Assembly (NCBI RefSeq): GCF_009914755.1
Contig: NC_060931.1
Length of the DNA: 64,000 bases
From: the human T2T-CHM13v2.0 reference genome, Homo sapiens
Direction: 5' to 3' (one strand)
The position numbers and the translations under genes are program-made. How positions within the stretch are numbered: position 1 is the stretch's first letter; every line of letters begins with the position of its first letter. This document shows, in pieces, positions 50,950 through 64,000 of the stretch. The notes below the pieces were generated by a model that saw nothing but the letters and a program-made list of their open reading frames with translations, was not told where the DNA came from and did not search any database.

Positions 50950-51930
50950 TCTATAAATAATATGAATATTATTTATACTATTATCCTACAGAATAAATAG
51001 TATATTACTATTAATATACTACTATATAATAGTATATTATGTAACAAATTACAGTTAATACAGTTAATTGTCATTGCATATTATAGTAATTAATATACTA
51101 TTATATAACATGCAATGACAATTTACTATACTATAGTTAATATACTATATAATAGTACATATATACTATATAGTATCATATATAGTATATATGATACTAT
51201 ATGATACTATATGATAGTATATATGTACTATTATATAATATGCAATGTATATATAATATGTATTATATAATATGCAATAATATAATAGTATAAATATATG
51301 ATTATATAATATGCAATGAAAATTAACTGTATTAACTGTAATTTATTAACTATAAATTATCATTATTTTATATTTTCTAATGATCAGTCTATATTTTATA
51401 GTTTTCTAGGAATTTGCCCATTTTGTCTAAGTTTTTAGAGGTATAGGCATTAAGGTGGTAAAAACTTCCCTGTGTCTTTATATAATAATTATATACTATA
51501 CTACTATATATACACTAGTAAATATACTATACTATAATATATAAAATATAATGTATAATATAATATAGTATATACTATATATAATATGTAATATAACATA
51601 GTATATACTATATATAATATGTGATATAACATAGTATATACTATATATAATATGTGATATAGTATATACTATTATATACAGACTAGTATATATAATACTG
51701 TTATATATGGTAATGCTAATTATAATATGTAATATACTTTATATTATAAAATATATAACATATATGTAATATATAATATAATTAATAGTGAATATATAAT
51801 ATAGTATAATATGTAATATAATATATACTATAATATATAATGTATTATATATTAATATACACATATATAAACATTAACATATATAAAAGATATTAATATA
51901 CACTAGTATATATAATAGTATAATATCTTT
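50950..51930. repeat. AT-rich low-complexity tract with nested inverted repeats and an embedded duplicated segment
   Basis: About 1 kb of tatactat/atagtata/tataatatg motifs. See findings for arm coordinates. Confidence 0.95.
51339..51484 (+). repeat. Dispersed direct copy of 52319-52467
   Basis: taatttattaact.taaattatca...tagttttctaggaatttgccc...ctaagtttttaga.gtataggcattaaggtg at both sites. Confidence 0.95.
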
Positions 51931-52840
51931 TCTATAAATGTTGAAAGAATAATCTTTTCTCAGTTATATTTTTGGATTTTAAACAATTCTAGCATTCTTA
52001 GAACACATTTTATTTTGGCATTATATATTTTCTTTTCATATGATGAATATATTTTGGTAATACTTTGTTTAGGAACTTTGCACCATATTCAATATTGAGA
52101 TTGGCTTTGAATTTTCCTGTTTCCTATTGTCTGTATCTGGTTTTCTGTTTTGGTTATATAAGCCTTGTAGATTGAGTTGGGGAGTGGTTCCTGTTTCACT
52201 AGTCTTTTAAAGAGTTTGAGGAAAACTTTGATCTTTTCCTTTAAGGTTTGATCAAACTCACCTGCAACAGCATCTGACCTTTGGTATTTTCTTTGGGACA
52301 AGATTTTTTAAAACAAATTAATTTATTAACTGTAAATTATCAAGATTTTATATTTTCTCATGATCAGTGTTTATATTTTCTAGTTTTCTAGGAATTTGCC
52401 CTTTTTTTTTCTAAGTTTTTAGATGTATAGGCATTAAGGTGATAAAAATTTCCTCATGTCTATATATTTTTTGCTTTTATAAGGTATTGAGATATAATTG
52501 GCTTTCACTACATTTCACATATTTCAAGTGTACAGTTGAATTTTGACGTATGTATGCACCTATGAAACAATCATCACAATCAAGGTAATAAACCTTTCCC
52601 TTGCTCCTTAAAGCTTCATTGCGCCCCCAGATGATCAGCTCCAAAAAAAAAAAAAAGCCTATTGGAATTTTGATTGGCCTTCCGTTAAATTTATATTTGG
52701 GGAGAATTACCATCTTAATAAAATTGAGTTTTCTAGTTCATGAATATGATATAGGTTGCCATGGATCTAGGTCTTTTTTTCTGCAATGTTTTATAGTTTT
52801 CAATATAAAAGTCTTGAAAATATTTTGTCAGATTTATTTC

Positions 52841-53529
52841 TACTGGGGCTCAGAAAATCATATACCAAAGTATGGCCCTTTGGTATGCTGAGTACTTTGG
52901 ACTGAAGGACATTGGAAGGGCCTGAGAAACAAAGTCCCTTTCTGGCCTTCTCCTGTTTTTCTTTCTTCTGCTTCCCTTCCCCCAACCCCAAGGCAGGTCA
53001 TAAAAACTAGAATTCCTCTTCTCCAAGGTGGGTTACAGAAACCAGAACCCCTCTTCCCTAAAGTCAGCCATAAAACCTAGATATATTCTTTTAACCTTCC
53101 CCCACCTTGCTGTGTAGGAGCTGGCCATGAAGAAATTCTGACCTCCCTTCTCTAGTAGTAGATCATAAGACTCTCATTTCAGAAGGGGTCCTGCCCTATA
53201 CCTCGGACAAAGAAATCATGCACAGAAAGGCCAAGAGTAATCTAAACAGGCCTTCCTGTGTTATCCCACTCAGTCTATTACAATTAGATCATTTGTTCAA
53301 TTACATTTCTGCATGGCTGCCCGTTCTTCCTTCTTCATCAAACCTAAGCATAAAAACAGTTAGTTTTCCCTAGGTCTTTGGATTTTTATTTCTGAAGGCT
53401 GCAGTGTGATATAGAAGTTGATTAAATACATTTGTTATGCTTTCCTCTTGTTAACCTCTTTTATTATAGGAATGTCAGCTGTGACCCTTATCATGCGGAA
53501 GAAAGGTGTCAAATCTTTTCTGCCTCACA
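52841..53529 (+). mobile_element. MER39-like ERV1 solo LTR
   Basis: tactggggctcagaaaatcatataccaaagtatgg...tgctgagtacttt...ccataaaacctaga, ending in caca. Confidence 0.8.
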
Positions 53530-53533
53530 TTCT

Positions 53534-54845
<1,312 letters not shown>

Positions 54846-55112
54846 CTCACATTCTGAAATATTTAATGTTTTGTGGTGTCATTGTAATGGAATTACTTTT
54901 TAAATTTTATTTTCAAATTGTTTGCTACTAGGATGTAAGAAAACGATTGATTTTTGCTAAATTTACTTTTTAATGCTAATAATAGTTTTGTAGATTCTCT
55001 GGCATCTTCTTTTTATACGTCTATATTATGTGCTAATAGCAATAGTTTACTTTGTTTTTATGTTTCGTCATTTTTTTTATTGCCATATAACATTGGTTAG
55101 GACCTTTGGTAC

Positions 55113-55514
55113 TGATATGGTTTGTCTGTGTCCCCACCCAAAACTCATCTTGAACTGTAAGCCCCATAATCCCCACATGTTGAAGAAGGAGCCCGGTGGG
55201 AGGTGATTGGATCATGGGGGCAGTTTCCCCCATGCTGTTCTCATGATTGTAAGTGAGTTCTCATAAGATCTGATGGTTTTATAAGTGTTTGACAGTTCCT
55301 CCTTCACGTGCTAACTCCCTCCTGGGACCTTCTGAAGAAAGTGTCTGCTTACCCTTTCCCTTCCCCTTTTGCCATGATTGTAAGTTTCCTGAGGCCTCCT
55401 AGCCATGCTTCCAGTTAAGCCTGAAGAACTGTGAGTCAATTAAACCTCTTTCCTTTATAATTGCCTAGTCTCAGGTAGTTTTTTTTAATAGCAGTGTGAG
55501 AATGAACTAATACA
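55113..55514 (+). mobile_element. MSTA/THE1D-like MaLR solo LTR
   Basis: tgatatggtttgtctgtgtccccaccca...gaatgaactaataca. Confidence 0.93.
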
Positions 55515-57039
55515 GATAACTATGTTAACTAGAAATTGTAAAAGGGTAAATCTTCGCCTTTTCCCCATTTCTAGAGGGAAACAATTCATTACTATTACAT
55601 ATGATATTAGCTGTAGGTGTGTCAGTTTGAGGTATATTCCTACTATTCCTAATTTGCTAAGGGTTTTTTTTCCTATCATAAATGAATGTGAAATCCTGTT
55701 CAATGCTTTTTCTGACAAAATATTTATATGCATTTTCTCCTTTATGTTAATATGGTGACTTATGTTGATAGCTTTTTGAATGCCTCACCAACTTTGCATT
55801 CTCTAATAAATTCAACCTGGTCATAATTTGCTATCTACTGTATTGAATTTAATTTGTATCATTTTAAAAGCGTTTTGGAATCTATATTTATGAGGAATAT
55901 TTTTCTCCATTTTTTTTGGAGACAAATGATATTAAGGTTATGTTACTTTCTCCTTTTTTAAACTTTTCTGAAAAAATTTATGTTAAACGTTTCCTTGAAT
56001 GTTTGATAGAATAAACCACCAGAAGAATATGGGCCTGAAGTTTTATTTTTGAGAGTTTTCTTTCTGATCTGTCTTGGTGAATGTACTATGAGTGCTTGAA
56101 AAGAATGAATGTTCTGCTGTTGTTGGATGCAGTGTTCAATAAATGTTAGTTAGATCGAGGTGGTTGATGAGGTTGTTCAGACCTAAGCTTTACTAATGTT
56201 TCATCTACTTTTCCTATAAATTGCTGGGAGAATGGTGTTAACACTCTTTCTATAGTTGTGGAATTATCTATTTATATCTTTAATACTTTCATTTTTATCT
56301 TTCTTATAATTTGGGGCTTTTAAAATTAGGTATATGTATTTATAATTGTTAGACTTTCCTCGTGAATTATACCCTTTATGATTAGTAAATGTTTCTCTTT
56401 GTCTCTGGTGTTACTCTTTGTATTGAGTTCTATTTCATTTAATATTAGTACAGCTACTCTAGAGGGAGGAATATACAGCCTTCTTGTGTTTGCAGTTGTG
56501 CACTGTAAACATCTTTTTTTTGGTATCTACTCTCAACCATCTTTTTCTATTCTTATATTAAAATATGTCTCTTGTGAGCAGCATGTAATTAAGATTTGTG
56601 TTTTTTTCTGTCCTTTCTGTCAATCTCTGCTTTGTTTTTTTTTTCTCATCAAGTCTTGGCATAAATCTCTGCCGTTTAGGTGAATTGTTGAGACCAATAA
56701 CATTTATTCTAACTTTTGATATGGTTGGATTTAGGTATGCCATTCTATTTTTGTTTCTTTATTTGTCCCCTGTATTTTTTTTGTTTCTATTTTCTTGCTT
56801 TCTTTTGTATTATTTAAACATTGTTTGAATTCTGTGCTAATGCTTATATTAGATTTTGTTACTAATTTTTATTGTATTATAATAAAATCTATATAACTAA
56901 CTTTGTAATATAATTTGAAATCAGAAAATGTGATGCCTTGAGCTTTGTTCTTTTTTCTCAAGATTGCTTTGGCTATTTATGGCCTTTTGTAATTCTATAT
57001 AAATTTTAGAATTTTTTTTTCGATTTCTGTGAAAAATGC

Positions 57040-57402
57040 TGTATTAGTCTATTCTCACACTGCTAATGAAGACAAACCTGAAACTGGGTAATTTATAAAG
57101 GAAAGAGCTTTAATTGACTCACAGTTCCACATGACTGGGGAGCCCTCACAATCACAGTTGAAGGCAAATGAAGAGCAAAATCACGACTTACATAGCAGCA
57201 GGCAAGAGAGCTTGTGCAGGGAACTCCCATTTATAAAACCATCAGATCTCATGAGACTTATTCCCTATCAGGAAAACAGTATGGGGAAAACCACACTCAT
57301 GATTCAATTGTCTCCACCTGACCCTGTCCTTGAAACATGGGGATTATTAGAATTCAAGGTGAGATGGGGGCGGGGGGGGGGGCACAGAGCCAAACCATAT
57401 CA
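57040..57402 (-). mobile_element. THE1B/C-like MaLR solo LTR
   Basis: tgtattagtc...ccaaaccatatca, with a perfect 5-bp TSD aatgc. Confidence 0.95.
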
Positions 57403-58093
57403 AATGCCATTGGAATTTTGATAGGGATTGTATTGAATCTGTGATTGTTTTGAGCAGTATGGACATACATGCACTAAGTTTTTAATTTCAGATTTTATCT
57501 TTATGTTCTAAAATTTCCATTTAGTTCTTTATATTTTCTATTTTTCTACTATGCCTTACCTACTTTTTTCATCAAAATAGCAAGGTGTTGTTTCTGAAAA
57601 CCAAGTTTGGACTTACTTATTTCTCTATTGAATCTTTGTTTTCTGTTTCTTTAGTAAGGTTTCTTCCTCTATCCCATAGTACATATTTCTAATAGCTGCT
57701 TTAAAGGTTTTACCTGATTATTCTAACATTTGGAATATCTTGGAATTGGCTTGTGTAGATTTTTTTTTCTTGAGAACAGGCTACATGTACATGCTTATTT
57801 GTATGTTGAGTAATTTTGGATTTTATGTTGCATATTTTTAGTATTTTGCTGTATTGACTACAGATTAAGTTATGATCCTCTGGATAATGTTGATATTTTT
57901 ATTCTAGTAGGCAATCAACACATTTAGTTTTCTGCAGTGAGGTTTGTCTCTCATTCTTTGTTTTGTGTTCAAACCTCAGTTAAATTTTCATATTATTCTG
58001 GTTTAAGTCTTTCATAGGCATGCACAGTTTATGAGTTGGGTGGATATTTGTGCGAGTTTATATATAACACTAGGGGATATTCTTCTTTGGCTC

Positions 58094-58459
58094 TGTATTA
58101 GTCTATTTTCACACAACTATAAAGACATACCTGAGATTGGGTAATTTATAAAGAAAAAAGGTCTAATTGACTCATGGTTATGCATGACTGGGGAGGCCTC
58201 AGGAAACTTATAGTCATGGCAGAAGGGGAAGCAGATACATCTTACATGCCAGCAGGTGAGAGAGCATGCTTGAGAGCACAGAAAAATCTACTGTTTATAA
58301 AACCATCAGATCTCGTGAGAATTCGCTCACTATCCCGAGAACAGCATGGGGGAAACTGTCCCCCTAATCCAATCACTTCCCACCAGATTCCTCCCTTAAC
58401 ACCTGGGGATTACAATTCAAGATGAGATTTGGGTGGGGATACAAAGCCTAACCATTTCA
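58094..58459 (-). mobile_element. THE1D/MSTA-like MaLR solo LTR
   Basis: tgtattagtc...cctaaccatttca, with a perfect 5-bp TSD ggctc. Confidence 0.95.
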
Positions 58460-59639
58460 GGCTCTATCTCCTAAGATGTTTCCCCTCATTTCTCCTGTTC
58501 ACAAGGGCCTTCCCTGCTTCTACTAGCAATAATTATAGTGGGATTTTTGTATTTGTATTAGCTGTTTGGGTAGCACTTATCTATGATTGTGACAAAACCT
58601 TCCAGGAAAGTCTTGTAGAGAAAAATCCTGAGAAAACTTATCCTCATGCAGGTTGCTTCCCCATATTTAGATGCCCTTGAACAATATTCATGCTTTTGTT
58701 TACTTTTCAGAGACTGTAGTTTATTTTAGATATTTTCTAGAATTTTTAATTAAAATCAGAGGAAGGAATGGGCCATAGGAGGCTTCCATCACTGTAGCAA
58801 AAGCAGAATTTTTGAGTTTTGTCTCTTACTTTTGCCATATCTATAATTTTGTCTCCTTTGTGACCAGATATTTTACTTATTTCTGTTTGTTTTTTAATGA
58901 AACTTGCAAGGTATTTGGTATCTTAGTAATTGCTTTAAAAAACCAAGTTTGACTGCATTTATTTCTCAACTGCATCTTTGTTTTCTGTTTTTCTAATTTC
59001 TGGTTTTATATTAATTATTATTTCCTTCTACTGTATTTAAGTGTTTCTTTTCATACATTTAAAAATTTTCTAAAATGAGGAATTTAGCTAATTAATTTCA
59101 ACTTCTTTATATTAAGACATAAGCATTTAAACTTCTAAAGTTCTCCTTAAGCATTGTTTTTATTATACCCTATGAAATATAAAATGCAGCATCAAAAATA
59201 TTATTTAGTTGTACTTTTATATTTGTATTAATTTTCTGTTGCATAAGTTATTTAGAAGTGTGTTTTGAAAATTTCAAATACAGGTCTTAGATACGTTATC
59301 TTTTATTATTTCTAGTTGAATTGCCTTGGAGTAAAGAAACTTTCTTCTCTGAAGTTTGCTTTATGATCAAATGTGTGGTAAATTATTATAAATTTGATAC
59401 AAGTGAAGGAAAACTTACATAATGTTGGATATTCAGGTAATGGAATACCCAGTTGTTCTTGATGGTTATCAATTTAAAGTGAAAATGGGGATTAAACTCT
59501 TTGATTTCTCAATCAATTTTCAGATTTCTATTTAGAAGTCCAAAGAAAAATATAATGATGTTCATTCTGTTTTTAAACAAATAAATAACAAAAAGGAAGA
59601 GAAATATAGACAAAATTTGATAGTGTTTGCAAGACATAT

Positions 59640-59990
59640 GAGGATGTGGATGGACTGCTGGGACATGGATGTAGGCTATGTTAGGAGGGAGTGTTGCGAT
59701 GTGCAGGAGGATGGCTGCAGAGAGATGAGAGTGGAGACAATGAATTGGAATACAGGACGTATCGATCAAAGAGTATGATGTTTACATTGACGTTTCAGAG
59801 ATAGTGGAGTTACTGCAATTGCAGTTCGTGGGTTGGAGAACAGATGGGTTGGAAAAAAACATTATTGCAGGTGATATAGGTAGTAAACTAAGAGAAAGAA
59901 GAGTGGCGAGGTCACCAGAAGGCACATTGAAGACACCAAGAATGACTACAACAACTGGGGAGAAATTCAAGGAAAGAAAAGATGAAAATG
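59640..59990 (-). mobile_element. L2 ORF2 endonuclease-region relic
   Basis: The minus-strand peptide VVVILGVFNVPSGD resembles the APE-type ILGDFN motif, and the plus strand is purine-rich as in antisense L2. Confidence 0.55.
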
Positions 59991-60239
59991 TTTTTAAATG
60001 ATATGTGCCTACTAAAATACAGTATGTAACAAAAAATGAAGTGTGTCTCATTCATAAAATAAATGGGGTGACTGTTTAGAGAAGAGAAATATGCAGTGGA
60101 GTGTGTTAATCTCAAATGGGGAGCTCCAACATGCACAATGAAAAGGATCCTTGCCTCTGTCAACCCATCTTCCTTCTCCTCTTATATCTGCAATTCTTAC
60201 ACCAATCTCTGAACATTCATAATAATTTCCTTTCCCAAT

Positions 60240-60590
60240 TGCTATGGTTTGGCTCTGTCCCCACCCAAATCTCCAAGTGAATTGTATCTCCCAGAATTCC
60301 CACGTGTTGTGGGAGGGACCCAGGGGGAGGTAATTGAATCATGGGGGCTGGTCTTTCCTGTGCTATTCTTGTCATAGTAAGTCTCACAATATCCGATGGG
60401 TTTATTAGGGGTTTCTGCTTTTGCTTCTTCCTCATTTTCCTTTTGCTGCTGCTATGTAAGAAGTGCCTTTTGCCTCCCACCATGATTCTGAGGACTCCCA
60501 AGCCATGTGGAACTGTAAGTCCAATTAAACTTCTTTTTCATCTCAGTCTCAGGTATGTCTTTATCAGCAGCATGAAAACAGACTAATACA
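60240..60590 (+). mobile_element. THE1A-like MaLR solo LTR
   Basis: tgctatggtttggctctgtccccacccaaatctc...aggggtttctgcttttgc...gactaataca. TSD ccaat/ccaac. Confidence 0.95.
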
Positions 60591-60914
60591 CCAACCTGCA
60601 ATGATTATTACTTGCAAAGTTTTCTATATACTGTAGGAACCATGTTTTCCATATTTTATCAAGTAATGCTAATTAATATCTATTGATCTCATAGCATTTT
60701 TCTTTTAATTTTTAAATATTTAATTTAATATTTATTCATTTTGAATGTGTGCCAACTTGTATTACCAGTTAAGATCTAAGAACACTGAAGGCAAATGCCA
60801 TACTATCATTTTGCTTTTATTTTGATAGCCCTTTGGGTATTTTTCGGTATATATAGGTACTACATGGATACTAAACAGTTCTTCAAATTTTTAAAACACT
60901 TTTCCTTTTTTAAA

Positions 60915-63900
60915 ATGTTATTTTTTTTTTCTATCTTTTAAAAACATATGAGTAGGTTTTGGGGGAACAGGTGGTATTTGATTACATGGATAAGTTCTTG
61001 AGTGGTGATTTCTGAGATTTTGATGCACTCATCACCCAAGCAGTGCAAACTGTACCCACTGTGTAGTCTTTTATTCCTCACCTCCTCCCTTTCTTCCCCG
61101 TCCAGTCCCCAAAGTCCACTGTATTATTATTATGGTTTTGCAACCTCATAGGTTAGATCCCACTTATAAGTGAGACCATACGATGTTTGTTTTTTCATTC
61201 TGGAGTTATTTCACTTAGAATAATGGTCTCCAGCTCCATCCAGGTTGCTGTGAATGCCATTCATTTTTATGACCGAGAAGTATTCCATCATGGTGTGTGT
61301 GTGTGTGTGTGTGTGTGTGTAACATTTTCTTTATGCACTCGTTGATTGATGGGCATTTAGGCTGGTTCCATATTTTTGTAATTGTGAATTGTGCTGCTAT
61401 AAACATGCGTTTGCAAATATCTTTTTCATATGATTACTTTTCCTCTGGGTAGATACCCGTAGTGGGATTGCGGGATCAAATGGTAGCTCTACTTTTCGTT
61501 CTTTAAGGAATCTCCATACTGCTTTCCATAGTGGATGTACTAGTTTACATTCCCACCAGCAGTGTGGAAGTATTGCCTTTTGACCACAACCACACCAACA
61601 TCTATTATTTTTTTGAATTTTTGATAACAGGCATTCTTGCAGGAGTAAGGTGGTATTGCATTGTGGTTTTGATTTCCATTTCCCTGATAATTAGTGATGC
61701 TGAGCATTTTGTCGTATGCTTCTTGGCCATTTGTATATCTTCTTTTGAGAATTTTCTGTTCATGTCCTTAGCTCATTTTTGATGAGATTATATTTTTTTC
61801 CTGCTGATTTGTTTGAGTTCCTTGTAGATTCTGAATATTTGCCCTTGTCAGATGTGTAGACTGTGAAGATTTTCTCCCATTCTGTGAGTTGTATGTTTAC
61901 TTTGCTGATTATTTCCTTTGATGTGCAGAAGCTTTTTAGTTTAATTAAGTCCCATCAATTTATCTTTTTGTTGCATTTGCTTTTGGGTTGTTGGTCATGA
62001 AGTCTTTGCCTAAACCAATGTCTAGAAGGGTTTTTTTTTTATGTTCTAAAACTTTTATGGTTTCAGATCTTAGATTTAAGTCTTTGATTCATCTTGAGTT
62101 GATTTTTGTGTAAGGTGAGAGATGAGGATCCAGTTTCATTCTTATAGATGTGGCTTGCCAATTATCCCAGCATCATTTGTTGAATTGTGTGTCATTTCCC
62201 CACTTTATGTTTTGGTTTGCTTTGTTGAAGATCGGTTAGCTGTAAGTACTTGGCTTTATTTCCGTGTTCTCTATTCTGTTTCATTGGTCTATGTGCCTAT
62301 TTTATACAAGTACAATGCTGTTTTGGTGACTATAGCCTTATGGTAGAGTTTGAAGTCGGGTAATCTGATACCTTCAAATTTGGTCTTTTTGCTTAGTCTT
62401 GCTTTGGCTCTGTGGGCTCTTTTTCGGTTGCATATGAATTTTAGGATTTTGTTTTTTTAGTTCTGTGAAGAATTTGATGGGAATTGCATTGAATTTGTAG
62501 ATTGCTTTTGGCAGTGTGGTCATTTCCATAATATTGATTCTATCCATCCTGAGCACAGGATGTGCTTCCATTTGTTTGAGTTGTCTATAATTTCTTTCAG
62601 CAGTGTTTTGTAGTTTTCCATCTAGAGGTCTTTCACCTTGGTTAGGTATATTCCTAAGTATTTTATTTTATTTTTGCATCTATTCGTAAAAGGGTTCGAG
62701 TTCTTGATTTGGTTCTCAGCTTGGTTGCTGTTGGTGTATAGCAGTGCTACTGATTTGTGTACATTGATTTTATATCATGAAATTGTACTAAATTCATTTA
62801 TTAGATCTAGGGGCTTTTTGGGTGAGTCTTTAGGGTTTTCTAGGTATACAATCATATCATTGGTGAACAGCAACAGTTTAACTTCCTCTTTACCAATTTG
62901 AATGCCCTTTATTTATTTCTTTTATCTGATTGCTCTGGCTAGGACTTCCAGTGCTATGTGGAATAGAAGTGGCAAAAGTGGGCATCTTTGTTTTGTTCCA
63001 GTTCTCAAGGGAATGCTTTCAACTTTTCCCCTTTCAATATAATGTTTGCTGTGGGTTTGTCTTAGATGCTTTTGTTACCTTAAGGTATAATCCTTCTATG
63101 CTGATTTTGCTGAGGGTTTTAACCATAAAGAAATAACTAATTTTGTCAAATGCATTTTCTGCATCTATTGAGATGATCATGTGATTTTTGTTTTTAATTC
63201 TGTTTTTGTGGCATATCACATTTATTGACTTGTGTATGTGAAACCATCCCTGCATCCCTGGTATAAAACCTACTTGACCATGGTGCATTATCTTTTTGAT
63301 ATGCTTTTGGACTTTGTTTGCTAGTATTCTGTTGAGGATTTTGCATCTATGTTCATCAGGAATATTGGTCTGTAGTTTTCTCTTCTTATGTCTTTTTCTG
63401 ATTTGGTATTAGGATGATACTGGCTTCATAGGATGCTTTAGGTATTTTTCGCTATCTTTTAGAATGGTTTCAATAGGATTGGTACCAATTAATTCTTAGA
63501 ATGTCTGATAGATTTCAGCTGTGAATTTATCTGGTCCTAGACTTTTTTTTTTGTTGGCAATTGTTTTTAATTGCCATTTCAATCTCACTGCTTGTTATTG
63601 GTTTATTCAGAGTCTCTATTTCTTTCTGGTTTAATCTAGGAGGGTTGTATATTTCCAAGAAGTTATTCATTTCCTCCAGGTTTTCTAGTTTATGCATGTA
63701 AAGGTGTTCATAGTAGCCTTGAATGATCTTTTGTATTTCTGTGATATTGGTTGTAATATCTTCCATTTCATTTCTAATTGAACTTATTTGGATCTTCTCT
63801 CTTCTTTTCTTGGTTAATCTCACTAATGGTCTATCAATTTTGTTTATATTCTCAAAGAACCAGATTTTTGTTTTATTTGTCTTTTGTATTTCTTTTGTTT

Positions 63901-64000
63901 CAATTTCATTTAGTTCTGTTCTGATCTTTGTTATTTATTTTCTTCTGCTGGGTTTGCATTTGGTTTGTTCTTGTTTCTCTAGTTCTGAAAGGTATGAGTG
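60915..64000 (-). mobile_element. L1PB-like element, runs off the window end
   Basis: 3' UTR gtttttgggggaacaggtggtatttgattacatgg. ORF2 peptides ([24 protein letters not shown]; [19 protein letters not shown]). Confidence 0.95.
61293..61320. repeat. (GT)n microsatellite inside the L1
   Basis: About 14 GT units read directly. Confidence 0.97.

Noticed and set aside
57366-57382. G-run in the THE1 LTR as a G-quadruplex element
   Set aside because: It is best explained as slippage of the LTR's native G-rich end, with no evidence of function.

Overview
Primate (human-like) nuclear DNA that is AT-rich and dominated by repeats, so probably intergenic or deep intronic. I can support no intact protein-coding gene, RNA gene or CRISPR array. 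The one gene-derived feature is a full-length processed RPL7 pseudogene (minus strand, ~24244-25285) with target-site duplications (TSDs), premature stops and an unusual 201-bp internal tandem duplication. The rest is layered transposon relics: Alus, L1PA/L1PB/L1MA and older L1s, a HAL1-like element, L2, MIR, MaLR LTRs, ERV1/ERVL LTRs, a decayed ERVL provirus (LTR-PBS-gag-protease) and hAT/Tigger DNA elements. The most notable signal is that two independent AT-rich tracts (~4.2-4.8 kb and ~51-51.9 kb) each contain a 110-150 bp copy of sequence lying 1-1.7 kb away. The second tract is also folded into nested inverted repeats. This looks like templated repair at fragile AT tracts, but the mechanism is inference. 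I see no evidence for a new gene system. Repeat subfamily names come from recalled consensus sequences and need RepeatMasker/Dfam confirmation, and boundaries of old repeats are approximate.
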